A DNA stretch of 64,000 bases from NCBI GenBank assembly GCA_951406725.2, contig OX597818.1, forward strand, positions 91,264,001-91,328,000, given 5' to 3'. The notes beneath the pieces are model-generated. The model was given only the letters and a program-made list of their open reading frames with translations, was not told where the DNA came from and did no database searches. The translations under genes and the position numbers were made by a program. The DNA is from Octopus vulgaris. Its lineage: Eukaryota. Shown here one piece after another: positions 62,385 through 64,000 of this stretch (positions are counted from its first letter, which is position 1; every line of letters begins with the position of its first letter).

Positions 62385-62932
62385 GAGAAGGATGACCACT
62401 ATGTGGACAACCCTTATGCTAGATGTAGATCCGCTATAGTCTTACCACTAAAAAATGTTCTCAAGAAAAATTTAGCAAACACCAGAACGTATTCGAGCAA
62501 GACAAAAGAAAAACAGTAAAAATATGAATTATTCACATACATGTTTCACTATTAACATGTTACGTAATTTTACTGACGCAATTTATCCGTAGATCTTCGG
62601 TGTAACCGTCTAAACAAATATGATTTGCAGAACTATATACTAGGACGTCCACACAAAGTCGAATCTGTATATAGTTCTACCTATAACACTCGTTGTTACT
62701 ATTCAAATGTCTTTGTTTCGGCGCGCTAAATTACTGGAAAAATAACACTGCAGAAAATAATTTACTCCAGTGGCTTTTGTCGGTTAGAGAATGTATTAAT
62801 TTAAATTTAAATTTAAAATGACAAAGTGGATGTTAATTTAATTAAACTTTTCTTCAGAACATTTCTTAGTGGTAAGACCATAGCGGATCTACTTCTAGCA
62901 TAAGGGTTGTCCACATAGTGGTCATCCATCTC
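62385..62932. mobile_element. MITE with ~78-bp TIRs, GAG...CTC termini, ATAT flanks (Sola-like)
   Basis: GAGAAGGATGACCACTATGTGGACAACCCTTATGCTAG... versus ...CTAGCATAAGGGTTGTCCACATAGTGGTCATCCATCTC; non-coding interior. Confidence 0.8.
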
Positions 62933-62939
62933 ATATGTA

Positions 62940-63579
62940 TATAATACAATTTACTGAACCTTCAGATTTTTTTATGCTAGACCACTGGTGTGAAACTGAT
63001 GTCAACTCGGGATTTGCGGTTGCTTTCGGAAAATTCATGTGGCACCCATTTTCCAAGTTTAGGAACCTTTCCATGTTATTGAAGAGATGACGATGAACAG
63101 TTGTATGGTTTGAACAAAGCGTTATTGCCAATGCTTCAACTGATAATGCAGGATGTTCTTCAAGTAATGCCTTAAGGTGCTTATCATCAAACTCAACTGG
63201 ACCTCCTGTTCGATCTTCATCTGCAAGGCTGAAATCTCCACTTCTGAATTTTGCAAACCTTCTTCTGCAAGTTCCTTCATTCAAGTATTCTTTCCCATAA
63301 ACTGAGTGCATGTTTCGAGTCGCTTCGGCTGCAGAGTTTCCTTTTTTGTACTCGTAAAGCATTATGTGCCGCAAATGCTCTTTGGATACTTCCATGTTAG
63401 AAAGGGTTTTAATCAAAGAAACTTTAATTCTATTATTCTGTAAAATAATATTTAATTATTTTAAATGTACACAAATGCATAAAAACAATTTTAAATTCCA
63501 TTAGACATTCTAAAATACTATTAAATTTCATTCAATTTTAAAAAAGGTAAAATCGGACAAAACTTACGGGATTACCTGA
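62940..63579 (-). mobile_element. Mariner transposon, 5' part (truncated or internally deleted)
   Basis: MEVSKEHLRHIMLYEYKKGNSAAEATRN...FAKFRSGDFSL HTH domain; terminus TA|TCAGGTAATCCCGTAAG. Confidence 0.85.
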
Positions 63580-64000
63580 TACATGAATAGTATACTAGAA
63601 ACATAAAATTTGGAGAGTGTACACAAAGGAGATATTTTATATTTACCACGAACGATCACATACAATGGTAAAATGAACATCCTCTAACAGTGTGGGAATT
63701 TATGGAAATCGCTAACCCAGCTGAATCGGTCCACAAAATTATCTCTGAAATGTCCTATAAATTTCATCAATCGAACAGCTGATAAAAGCAATCATGCTTA
63801 TCATATTTATATTGCTTATCTCAATCATTTTTCAATATTCTTTGTAATTTATGTATCCTTGCTTTTACCATAACGACGAAATACAAATGACTATAATCAT
63901 TCTATTTCATTGAATTTATCTAATGTGATTATTTTCTTATCTATTAGCTATAACCCAGTTATATTTACGTTAGGATTCTCATTCTTATCTCAATATATTT

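Overview
AT-rich, microsatellite-dense eukaryotic DNA, almost certainly octopus (coleoid cephalopod). This is inferred from an S-crystallin gene and abundant octopus-type tRNA-derived SINEs. The only host gene I can support is a complete six-coding-exon S-crystallin (sigma-class GST-derived lens protein, 215 aa, + strand, 37711-49090). It has a TATA box, a polyA signal and a symmetric 30-nt micro-exon encoding the crystallin-specific loop, and most of it is missed by the ORF track. The rest is transposable elements. These include a nearly intact Penelope-like retroelement (Naiad-like; RT + GIY-YIG) with a 180-bp inverted terminal repeat carrying a hammerhead ribozyme, a CR1-type LINE with an unbroken 928-aa ORF2, and a 5'-truncated R4/Dong RLE LINE ending in (AAT)n. 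Also present are RTE fragments, several Tc1/mariner elements and MITEs, a Helentron-like non-autonomous element, three SINE families, and a dispersed family of short (TA)n-anchored elements with minimal hammerhead-like motifs with a variant core. Most short ORFs in the track are microsatellite artefacts. All alignments and family assignments were made by eye and from memory, without database searches.
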